Shown in pieces: positions 52,721 to 64,000 of a DNA stretch of 64,000 nt. The position numbers and the translations under genes are program-made. Positions within the stretch are counted from its first letter, which is position 1. Each line of letters opens with the position of its first letter. The notes under the pieces are model-generated. The model saw only the letters and a list, made by a program, of their open reading frames with translations. It was not told the DNA's origin and did no database searches. The DNA comes from Octopus sinensis (lineage: Eukaryota). The stretch covers positions 151,962,001 to 152,026,000 of the forward strand of contig NC_042998.1 of NCBI RefSeq assembly GCF_006345805.1, written 5' to 3'.

Positions 52721-55700
52721 TTTGTTAGGTGGTATGATTTCTTGTTTGTATTTGTCAGCTTCCTGAAATACTGAGAACAGTTTTTTGTTTTGCTCGTGTT
52801 TTGCTGCTATCTGGATCAGTTTTCCTTCCTTCTGAAGTGGATATTTTTGCAGTCCTATGGTGGTTAGTTTATAGTAGTTTTCCAGCTGTATAAGGACTCT
52901 ACCACCTTCTATACGTTGTATATATAGTCTTTCTATGTCAGATTTTGGGTGATGCATCCTAGATCCTGTCATTATTTTTCTTGTTTTCCTATCTATTTTG
53001 GTCAGTTCATTTAGTGTCCAGTTAAGGATATTGTAGCTGTAACTTATAACTGGGACGGCTAAAGTGTTAATACCTATTATCTTGTTTTTAGCATTGAGCT
53101 CTGTTTTTAGTATTGATCTAACTCGTCTATAATATTCCTTTTTTATTTTCTCTTTCATTTGTGTGTGAAGCATCTTATCTAGTTCATGGATTCCTAAGTA
53201 TTTGTAAGTTTGGCTTTGGTCTAATTCTCTTATTTCATTGGCTTTATCTAGTGTGATGTTGCTACTCTCAACTAGTTTCCCTCTTTTCATGGTTACTTTG
53301 GCGCATTTTTCTAATCCAAATTTCATATCTATTTCTTTGGTAAATCCATGAACTGTCTTTAATAGTGTTTCCAGCTGTTTGTCATTTGCAGCGTATAGTT
53401 TTAGGTCATCCATATATAAAAGGTGGCTGATCGTTTTGCCGTAACATTTATATCCGCATCCAGTTCTATTTAGCATATCAGATAGAGGTGACAGTGCCAA
53501 GCAGAAAAGGAGTGGAGAGAGCATGTCTCCCTGGAATATTCCTCTTCTAATGGGGATGTCTTTGGTTTTCATGAGTCCCTCTTTTGTTTGGAGGTGTAGG
53601 ACTGTTTGCCATTTATTCATAGAGTGTCTTATGTATTTTATAATTGTTGGTGCTACTTTGTTAATGTCTAGTGTTTCGAGGATCCATGTGTGGGGGATGC
53701 TATCAAACGCCTTTCTGTAGTCGATCCATGCCATATTGAGGCCTTTCTTCTTTCTGTGGCTGTCTTCAGTTATGGCTTTATTGATCATTAGTTGATCTTT
53801 ACAGCCGTTTGAGCTTCTGCAGCATCCTTTCTGCTCTTCTGGAAACAGTTTGTTTTCGTCCAGGTGCTTGTTTAATCTTTGTGATATCACTGCAGTAAAT
53901 GCTTTGTACATTGTAGGGAGACAGGTTATAGGTCTGTAGTTCTGGTTTTGCTTTCTCATTGGATTTGGGAATTAAGATGGTTTTCCCCTTCGTGAGCCAT
54001 TCAGGCATTGTCTCTGGCTCTGCCAGTAAGTCGTTAATGCTTTCAGCCAGCTTTTTGTGCATTCCTGGTAGATAGTTCAACCAGAAGTTGGGGATCTTGT
54101 CATGCCCAGGTGCCTTCCAGTTGCTTAGTCTTTTCAGTGCCTGTGTGACCTCTTCAGTTGTTATGGGGGTCCAAAGTTGCTCAGATACTATGTTTGTTGT
54201 TTTAATACTACTGTTTTTTTATTGCTCATTCGCCGACCATATTCCTTTCCAGAATTCTTCCACTTCTGCCGTTGGTGCTGCAGTGATGTCTATTTTATTT
54301 TTGCCGAAGTTCTTGGTAGAACTTTTTGGGGTTGGAGTTGAACTGTTTGTTTTGTTCAAAGAAACGTTGGCGTTTCTCATACCGGCGGATCCTTTGTGCC
54401 TTGGCAAGGATATCTTTCTTTAGCTTTTCTTTTATTTCAGGTAAATCTTTTTCAGTGATCTTGTAGTTGCACATTATTTTTGTTTCCTTTTTGTTGCTTA
54501 GTAGCGTTGACTGTCTACTGATTTCATTAAGAATCGACAGATCCTTTCTCATTTTTTTGTATTTTCTTTTGGATGTTATTTATTCACAGGGTTTGTTTGG
54601 GTGCTCCTGTTTGTATGGGTTTCAGGGAGTATCCAGCTTCTTTTGTGGCTGCAGTGGCTGCTGCATATACTAAGTCATTTAGCTCAGTGATATCGCTATT
54701 TATTTCAGTGGCTATTAGTTCTGTGATGGCTAGGTTTATGCTGTTTATAATTGATGTTGTTGTTTTGTCTATTTTGATTTTTGGGAGGTATGGTCGGTGG
54801 TCCATTTTGAAATCTGTGTTTTTCAGTTCTTTGATTATTCTACTTTTTATAGTATCATAATCATTAGGCTCCCCTTCGTTGTTTTCAGGTTTTAGATTTG
54901 TGTCGCATTCTTTCACGTTCGTATGTTTGTCTGTCGTGTTTTGGCTTGCTGCTTGTCGTGCATTATTATGCATCCTTACGGTCTGAGTTTGTTGTTTTTT
55001 GATTACATCGTTTTTGTTGGAAATGTTACGTTTGTCTCAGTGTTTATATTATTTGTCATTGTTGTGTGGCTTCTATCTACATTTTCCTGGTGTATTTTTT
55101 CTTTTAAATGTTCTATTTCTATTTCTGATATTTTTTTTGCGTTGAGAATATATATTCGTACGTTAGCTAGTTTATTAGGGTTCATTGCTGTATCCAAGTC
55201 TTTATTTATGTTATCTTTCTTCCATATTTTATATGTATATGTTGCTGTGTTTTCGTTCTTTGGATAGAGCACTGCTGTAAAGTAAGCGTGTAGGATTGAA
55301 ATGTATTCCTCACGTGTCTATTTATGTCTTTTTGGTTTTATTTGCGGGACATGAGGAACAACATCCGGCCCATTATTTTGACGGTCGTCATTTTCGTAGG
55401 GTACTGGTCCGTTCATTTATGTTATCACATTGTTTTGCACGTGTAGTTTTTCGTACTTTTTGTGTAACAAGTTTAAAGTACGCACTTCCCGATTGTTATT
55501 CTTGGGTTGAATAATATCGGTGTTATTTAATTTCTTCGTAGTTTTTTTGTACACGGTGTTTGGAGCCGGAGATGATCTGGTGTTTATGGATCGTAATGTA
55601 TCACGCATGTTTACATGTGTTGTGTTAGAGGTGGAGATGATATCGAGTTAAAATACATCATTTCGTTTGGAAAATAGTAATAAATTTCAATGAGTATTAC

Positions 55701-55823
55701 TTACTCGGATATAGTCCAATCTTTTGTCAGTTAATTTTTGGCTCCATGCGATGTCTTTGTTTCCGATGTTTGTGGATAGATTTCGTAGCACTGTTTTATC
55801 ACTCTCACATGTTAAACGTCCCC
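51625..55823 (-). mobile_element. Apparently full-length family A LINE (A5, ~4.2 kb), frameshifted, with an internal (GAA)/(TAA) expansion at 52550-52718
   Basis: RT ORF 52718-53959; N-terminal fragments 54584-55608; 5' GGGGACGTTTAA. Confidence 0.92.
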
Positions 55824-55919
<96 letters not shown>

Positions 55920-55920
55920 T

Positions 55921-56079
55921 GCTCAACATTTGGTATTTTCAGGCTAATTTCTACTGCATCACCAGCTGCACAACCGTATTGCTGGGGTGTGTACAGCATT
56001 CTGCGTTCTTTTTTGTTGTTAGGAGTGTGCGAATTCTTCCCGGTATTGTATTGCAGTGTTTTGTTGTATTAAAGTTTGT

Positions 56080-56122
<43 letters not shown>

Positions 56123-57770
56123 TGCTTTGAGTTATCGGCCTGCTGTGGTAGTTTATTTCATTGAATATTTGCTGTATAGAGTGTGTCTTGTGTTTCTGGT
56201 CTGTTTTGTTTAGGTTGTATTATTGAACTGATAGTGTCTTGCGTAGGATGTGGGCTGTTCCTAGCTGGTCAATTTTTTTTAGAAAGTGTGTAGCGTTGAG
56301 GTTCCAGTTATAGCTTCTACGGTTTTGTTCATATTTTTACCTTTTCATCATGCATAATGCTCCAGTTATTATTGGTATCGTTTTACCTTATTGCCCACAT
56401 TTTGAATACTTCAGTTTCGCGGTCTTTGTACTTCGACAATTTCTCTACATCTTTTTGACAATATTTTGGTCAGAAGTATTGCAATGTCTATCAATAAGAA
56501 GATGTTTTCTATTTCCAATCATAGATTATTTTGTCTGGGCTATTAGCTTTTATTTCGTTATCGATTTGAAAAGACATATCCCAGAGATTGTGGCCTAGTC
56601 CTTGTCTTGTTCTTTGATTGGAACAAGTTTATACCATTTATTGTCAGTTTTAATGTTGTAATGTTGGCATATTGTCCAGTGAATATAATTTCTTACTCGA
56701 TCGTGTCTGTATATATATTCAAATTTGGCAAGGACTGGACAACCAGAGATGATGTGGCCAACTGTCTCATTGTGCTGTCTCACTGTTCTGCATTTGTTGT
56801 TGGGGCCTGTTTTTATTATTTTGCTTTTATAGTTATTCGTAGTCAAACATTGGTCCTCTGCAGCGAGAATCAATCATTCCGCCGCTTCAGCTTTTAGTCC
56901 AGAGCCTTTGAGCCATTCTTGGCTTTTACTTAGGCTCACTTCTCTGTCAAGCGTTGCAGGGTATTAACCGTAGAGTGATTTTTCTCTCCATTTCTTCTTT
57001 AGTATGTCTTGTAATACAGTTTTCGTGTTGTTTTTTTGTCTCTCTGACTAATTCTGTTATGTTGTCATCTGACGTCAGTGTGACAGTGTAGTTTGTTTCT
57101 GCTTTGTATTTTGTCACCTTCTTCCACTTTTTGTTTCTGAGGAATTTTCTAGTACAACTGTTGTTATTCTATAATAGTTCTCTATCTGCATCAGGTTATG
57201 GCCTTCTTTGGAGCGGGGTAGATATATTCTGTCTGCGTCTGCTTTGCGGTGGTGACTTCCGTATGCTGTTAATAGTTTTATAAGTTTCTCAATTCACTGA
57301 TCTTCCAGTTTATTATGAAGCTGAAACTTATGACTGGTATGGCTAACGTGTTTATCCTTATTATCCTAGTTTTAGCATTGAGTTCAGTGCTTAATATTAG
57401 TCTAACTTATGTGTAATACTTTCTTCTAATTTTCTTTCATTTCTTTCATTTCTGTGTGTTATATTTTAGCTTCATCGTCTATTCCTAGATATTTGTATGA
57501 ACGATTGTGGTCTAATTCTCTGATTTTTGTGTCTATGTCGAGTGCAGTGTTTCCTGTGCTGATTAATTTGCCTCAGTGTCACATCGGTACATTTGTCCAG
57601 CCCCAAGCTCATCGTGATGTCGTTCTTGAAACTATGGAAAATTTTAGAAGGTTTCTTTGTTCTGCAGTAGTTGTAGTGAAAATTCATCCAGGTCATCCAT
57701 GTACAGGAAATGGTTTATTGTTTGTCCATAGCATCTATAATCCATGGTGATTTCATTTAACAAGTTTATT
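55921..57770 (-). mobile_element. Older R4/Dong-type LINE (family D), degenerate
   Basis: HFLYMDD, SYKYLG, KCRTV..ETVGHIISGCPVLAK..RHDRV, GTAHILRKTLSVQ. Confidence 0.82.
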
Positions 57771-57831
57771 ATTATGATTATTATTATCATTATTATTGTT
57801 GTTGTTGTTGTCATTATTATTATTATTATTA

Positions 57832-57882
<51 letters not shown>

Positions 57883-58171
57883 CATCATCATCATCATCAT
57901 CATCATCATTGTTATTATTATTATTATTATTATTGTTATTATTATCGTGTATATATATATGATAGCATATTCCCCAAAGTTCTGACATGAAATCTTTTCT
58001 AGGGTTGTCAGGATTGTTTGTCTTGTTTATTTGAGGAATATGTTTAAAACCGATATTGGGGTCAATTAAAAAAATTATTTTGTATATCTCTAAGCATCTC
58101 GCTAAAAGGCAGGTGAAGGGGAAATAAATATTTTATTATTACCATTCATCTATCTATCTATCTATCTATCC

Positions 58172-58219
<48 letters not shown>

Positions 58220-58285
58220 TATAATATAAATAATATATATATATTATATATATATATATAATATAATATAATATAATATAATATA

Positions 58286-58369
<84 letters not shown>

Positions 58370-58870
58370 TATTTATACATATTACCATTACTGTAATTAC
58401 CACAGTTGTTTATAACTTTACTTCAGTTGTGTTGCAATATAAAATATCGTTTTCCATGACACACGTGAAATATCTTGTGCTAGATAAATTTGAAATGGTG
58501 TTGTTTTAATTTTTTTTTAAACGAAAATGTAACTAAAAAGGCAAACGACAAATATCTATATATATTTATATTCGTGTATATAGATATCAGAAAGTGTAAG
58601 CACTTGTTTTGCGACCTGCCGTTGGCAGTTTTACAATTTCTTTATTCTCCCACATTCCTTTCTCTCTCGGTCATTTTTTTTTTTCACTTTCTCACTCTTT
58701 GTCACTTAGTTTCGCTCAATCCTTGAAATGAAAGTGGTTGAAGGAGATTGTGACAGAGACCGCTTCAGACACCTAAACAAAAACAGTCCGACATTGGTAA
58801 ACCCATAATTGATTAAGAGGCCACGTACCTATTTAATAGTATCTAACATATATGTCTATAGGTCTGTATA

Positions 58871-58918
<48 letters not shown>

Positions 58919-59021
58919 TATACATATATATATATATATTTATATATATATATATATAAATATATAAGTATCTATCTATCTATCTATATATATATATATA
59001 TATATATAGTTAATCCAAACA

Positions 59022-59210
59022 AAAAACACAAAAAAAAAACAAACAAAAAACACAGCAACGCGAGGACGTGGAACAAATAAAGTATTATTGGACGCTCAGG
59101 AAAGAAGGGAAGAAGGGGGTTTAACGTTTCGAGCGGAGCACTTCGTCGGAAACATAGGAGAAGGGAAGACAGAGGAACAAAAATCGGCAGCGGTACTCAC
59201 GAGGTTACAT
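59022..59210 (-). mobile_element. PLE-type terminal repeat fragment with a degenerate minimal hammerhead
   Basis: Minus strand gttt-CCGACGA-agtgctccgctc-GAAAC-GTT-aaac (59155-59117); ends in (TA)n. Confidence 0.5.
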
Positions 59211-59224
59211 ATTGATATATATAT

Positions 59225-60138
59225 AATCATATCAAAGGGAAATGGAATTTAATTAAAGTTACAAACATTCACTCAAAAATTACATTTCCAGTGGTCCAAC
59301 GCGTAAAAAAATTTTAGTCAAAAAGACTATACGATATCGTGAATATTTAAATACATAGAGAATCCACTTATAGAGATTCTACGCGCTAGAAAGAACAGCT
59401 AACTTCTATAACCACCAAAAATTGGGGATAAGATTCGACAGGAATAAATTAGGAAATTAAAAACATTTACCGACTACATTCCTGGACCAATTGGTTTCTA
59501 GTCTTCTTTTAGCGAGTCATAGAGAGCTCACAAGGTCTAATTTTCGTCAGCAGGAACCAACCTATCTACATGAGACAAAATAGGCTACCTGTCTCGTGTA
59601 TATACGACCTAACTTTTCAAATTTTCTGCGCAGACGCAGTCCATTCGTTGACTACAATAAACTGCCAACTTGTAACCGAAAATTATCCAAAAATTTGCAG
59701 TATTCAATCATATCAAAGGGAAATGGAATTTAATTAAAGTTAAAAACATTCAATCAAAAATTACATTTCCAGTGGTCCAACGCGTAAAAAAATTTAATCA
59801 CAAAGACTATATATTAGTCATACGATATAGTGTATATTTAAATACATAGAGAATCCACTTATAGGGATTCTACGCGCTAGAAAGAACAGCTAACTTCTAT
59901 AACCACCAAAAATTGGGGATAAGATTCGACAGGAATAAATTTGGAAATTAAAAACATTTACCGTCTAGTTTCCCGGACCAATTGGTTTCTAATCTTCTTT
60001 TAGCGAGTCATAGAGAGCTCACAAGATCTCTATAGAATCTAGACGGTAAATGTTTTTAATTTCCAAATTTATTCCTGTCGAATCTTATCCCCAATTTTTG
60101 GTGATTTATAGAACTTAGCCTGTTCTTTCTAGCGCGTA
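59225..60138 (-). mobile_element. Tandem plus inverted PLE-like terminal repeat cluster
   Basis: Direct repeats 59225-59538 and 59706-60029; inverted arm 60039-60138 versus 59871-59968; contains a hammerhead. Confidence 0.7.
59479..59556 (-). ncRNA. Type I hammerhead ribozyme
   Basis: Stem I ttcctg/caggaa (6/6), CTGACGA 59550-59544, GAAA 59498-59495, 10-nt palindrome ACCAATTGGT, GTC triplet 59487-59485; outer stem II imperfect. Confidence 0.72.
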
Positions 60139-60483
60139 TATGTTTATGTTTTATGTTTTCCAGTTTCACAGCTCTTGAGCTGTGGCCATGCTGGGGCACC
60201 GCCATTATATATATATAGATATATATATATATATATATATAATATATATATAAGCATGCATGTTTCTGTGCTTTTACGAGTAATCCTTTGACAGCTGTAT
60301 GCATATGTGTCTGTGTGGTCGTCTATTTACAAATATATACACATTATTTGTACTTTAATAATGTGTTTACAGATGTATAAAGCTTTGCATCCATTAATTA
60401 GTGAACACCTACACACACATTTTGTCTTTACTGAATCACTCTCCCAACTGTATTTTTATTACCCTAAAAAATTATTCCTTCAA

Positions 60484-60828
60484 CAGAGAAATACAGGATA
60501 TCGATAGAGGTATGGAGAGTGAGAGTGGGAGTTTGTTTGATAGTTAGAGGGAAGGGTGATAGGAAGGAGAAAGAGAGAATGAAAGATAAGTTTACACACA
60601 ATCAAATTGAATTTTAGACGACTAAAAGGTCAAAATGGAACATGCAAAATTACACGCGTACATACATACATTCGTACAAAAATATATGTATAGCAACACA
60701 CACACACACATACTTTCTCTCTATCTTTCCGTCACACGTTTTTCAATTCCTATCTCCTCGTCTTCTGTTATTGCAGCGACTGTGCATTATAAACTTATTC
60801 AATTCTTTTCAAATTATAAGAGATATGA

Positions 60829-60871
<43 letters not shown>

Positions 60872-60917
60872 GATGTATATACATATACGTATTTATACAC
60901 ACACGCACACACATATA

Positions 60918-60993
<76 letters not shown>

Positions 60994-61134
60994 TATATAT
61001 ATACGTACGTACATGTAATCTGTATTTATGTATGTGTGTATGCATGAAAGTATATTTATATAAGTAGACATATAGACACATACATTCGTACACACTCACC
61101 TATTCATACATGCAAACACACACACATGCATGTT

Positions 61135-61186
<52 letters not shown>

Positions 61187-61397
61187 GATATACATATATT
61201 TTTGTACGAATGTATGTATGTACGCGTGTAATTTTGCATGTTCCATTTTGACCTTTTAGTCGTCTAAAATTCAATTTGATTGTGTGTAAACTTATCTTTC
61301 ATTCTCTCTTTCTCCTTCCTATCACCCTTCCCTCTAACTATCAAACAAACTCCCACTCTCACTCTCCATACCTCTATCGATATCATGTATTTCTCTG
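60484..61397. repeat. ~227-bp near-perfect inverted duplication with a ~460-bp spacer
   Basis: 60484-60710 versus ~61171-61397, two mismatches seen. Confidence 0.88.
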
Positions 61398-61605
61398 ACT
61401 CACTCTCACCCTCACTCTTCTTCTTCCCACTGCGCTGTCTAATCATACTTCTCACTCGATTTTCATTGTTTTCTCTAAAATTATTTCTCTTTCACTTATA
61501 CTCTATTTCGCTCTCTCCACACACATACACGCGCGTGCACACACACACACGCAACACATAAATATATGTATACATATATATATATATATCATATACATAT
61601 ACGAA

Positions 61606-61648
<43 letters not shown>

Positions 61649-61650
61649 TA

Positions 61651-61734
<84 letters not shown>

Positions 61735-61738
<4 letters not shown>

Positions 61739-62707
61739 AACTCAACTCCAGTCTGATCTATATGCTGTGAGTCAATGGGCAGACAGAAACAAAATGCAAC
61801 TGAACAAGGGAAAATTTGAGCTGATGCATTTTGGAAGAGACTCCTCACTAAAACAGCCATACTCTCTTCCTTCAGGGAACCGCTCACAGCCTCTAACAAT
61901 ATCAGAGACCTGGGTGTAATTGTTGATGACGATCTCAGTTGGAGTGCACACATCAACAAGAAGGTCGATATAGCTCGTAGGATGGGTTCCTGGATCTTAA
62001 GAACTTTCCGGTCCAGAGAACAAGGTGTCATCATACCACTTTTTCCTCCTTTGTACGGCCACCCTTGAATACTGCTGCCCACTGTGGTCTCCTCACACAA
62101 GACAAAACATCTCCAGAATTGAGTCACCCCAGAGGGCACTCACTAAACGAATTGAAGGCATGGCTGCTCTCGATTATTGGGATCGCCTTAAAGCCTTGAA
62201 ACTTTACTCCCTCCAGCGTCGCCGTGAGCGGTACATCATCATTTGTACGATGTGGAAAATATACCGCCAACTATGCCCAAACGACCTAAACATTAGCTTC
62301 AAGGTTCATCAAGACTTGGACCACGGGCTATACGTCCCCTGCCCAATTCAAGATCACAACATACATGTACACTGCAACATAATTTATTTTCATCAACAGG
62401 CCCTGCCCTATTTAACATTGTCCCGAGAGAGATCAAAGAGGAAAAGGATCCCATCAACTTTAAACAGTCTGGATAGATTCCTTCAAAGAATACCAGATAA
62501 GCCACCCATAATTGGATACAACTCACCCAACAAGAACTCACTACTTGAACAAAACTGGATACAACTCACCCAACAAGAACTCACTACTTGAACAAAACTT
62601 GACTTAAACAAAACTTGACTTAAACAGGATTCGAATAATCAGGTGGTGCTATTAAGTTAGACATCGCCTGGACCAATCTTTGGTCGAAACATATCTAAGT
62701 TTATCTA

Positions 62708-62710
<3 letters not shown>
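61735..62710 (+). mobile_element. 5'-truncated CR1/L2-type LINE (RT C-terminus and 3' UTR)
   Basis: LQSDLYAVSQWADRNKMQLNKGK, LGVIVDDDLSWSAHI, LEYCCPLWSP, RLKALKLYSLQRRRER; 3' hairpin gaccaa/ttggtc and (tctaagttta)x2 tail. Confidence 0.9.
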
Positions 62711-62753
<43 letters not shown>

Positions 62754-62764
62754 CACACACACAG

Positions 62765-62923
62765 ATATATGTATACATATAGATACCGGAGTAAACACAT
62801 AAATGTGAAACAAGGTGGAAAAAAGAGTACTCAAATACCAGGGGTAGAGTAATATGCTTTATTTAAAAGCAGCAGAAATTCAACAAAATCTTAACAGGTT
62901 TTGTTGAATTTCTGCTGCTTTTA
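62765..62923 (-). repeat. Dispersed repeat end with a 25-bp fold-back
   Basis: taaaagcagcagaaattcaacaaaa-N10-ttttgttgaatttctgctgctttta at 62864-62923; body homologous to 1545-1660. Confidence 0.75.
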
Positions 62924-63031
62924 CATATGTATATATACATGTAAATGTACGTATATATGTGTGTGTGTCTCTGTGCATGTGTGTGTGTGTGTGTGTGTGT
63001 GCATGTGTGTATGTGCAAATGTATGTATGCA

Positions 63032-63084
<53 letters not shown>

Positions 63085-63131
63085 GTATTTATACATATAC
63101 ATATATATACACGCGAGTATGTATATGGGTT

Positions 63132-63211
<80 letters not shown>

Positions 63212-64000
63212 GTGGTACATACATATATACATACATACATACATTCACACATATGCATATATAAACACGACGATTCTTTCGATATAAATCATTTAAACGC
63301 TGTGCTACATATGGGACACACTGCCTGTGTTTTATATACACACACGCTCTCTCTCCTCCCTCTCTCTCTCACACACTCTTCTCTCTCTCTCCTCTCTCGC
63401 CTTCTTCCTTTCCTCCGCTCTAATTCAGGTTTCTCTTTCATCTTCTCGCCTCTATTCCCCATCTTCCTTCCTCCAGCCGTACCCTCCATCGACACCACCA
63501 TCACCACAATGCCCCCCTCTATTTATCCCTTCCACAATTAATTGGTTTATTTCCTTTCCTTATCAATTATCCCTTTTTCTATTCTTTTTCCTATTAAAAT
63601 GTTTTTTATTCTTTTCGACAATTTTGTTTTCCAATTTTGTTTTACATCTTATGTATGTATGTATGTATGTATGTATGTATGTATGTATGTATGTATGTAT
63701 GTATGTATGTATTATTTATGTATGTATGTATGTATGCATGCATGTATGTATGCATGTATGTATGTATGTATGCATGCATGTATGTATGCATGTATGTATG
63801 CATGTGTGTGTATGTATATTTATCTGTCACCATTCCTATTTTATCTACCTTTTTATTTACCTCTATCTTTTTATATACTTATCTATCTACCTACATCTCT
63901 CCGCCTGTACGTCTATCTCTTTCTATTTATATATCTATCTATCTATCTATCTATCCATCTGTCTGCCAATCTGTCTCACTGAGTATCTATCTATCTATCT

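Overview
Eukaryotic, AT-rich, microsatellite-dense repeat DNA with no confidently identifiable host gene, rRNA, tRNA gene or CRISPR array. The SINE families and repeat load resemble an octopus/coleoid genome (inference only). (1) About 26-58 kb is an array of roughly 15 R4/Dong-type non-LTR retrotransposon segments (RT, CCHC knuckle, restriction-like endonuclease) from several families. All lie on the minus strand and most end in (TAA)n tracts. They are interleaved with four copies of a ~550-bp non-coding element that has the same (TAA)n preference. (2) Several Penelope-like elements (PLE) with GIY-YIG endonuclease carry inverted terminal copies containing foldable hammerhead ribozymes with palindromic stem III; four complete hammerheads were identified by eye. 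(3) Also present: a full-length DD34D mariner broken by a single TGA, two older mariner remnants, RTE and CR1-type LINE remnants, a Helitron helicase remnant beside a complete 720-bp non-autonomous Helitron, and tRNA-derived SINEs. All alignments and folds were done by eye, so boundaries of degenerate elements are approximate. Labels A, B, C, D, G, X, Y and T550 are window-internal names.
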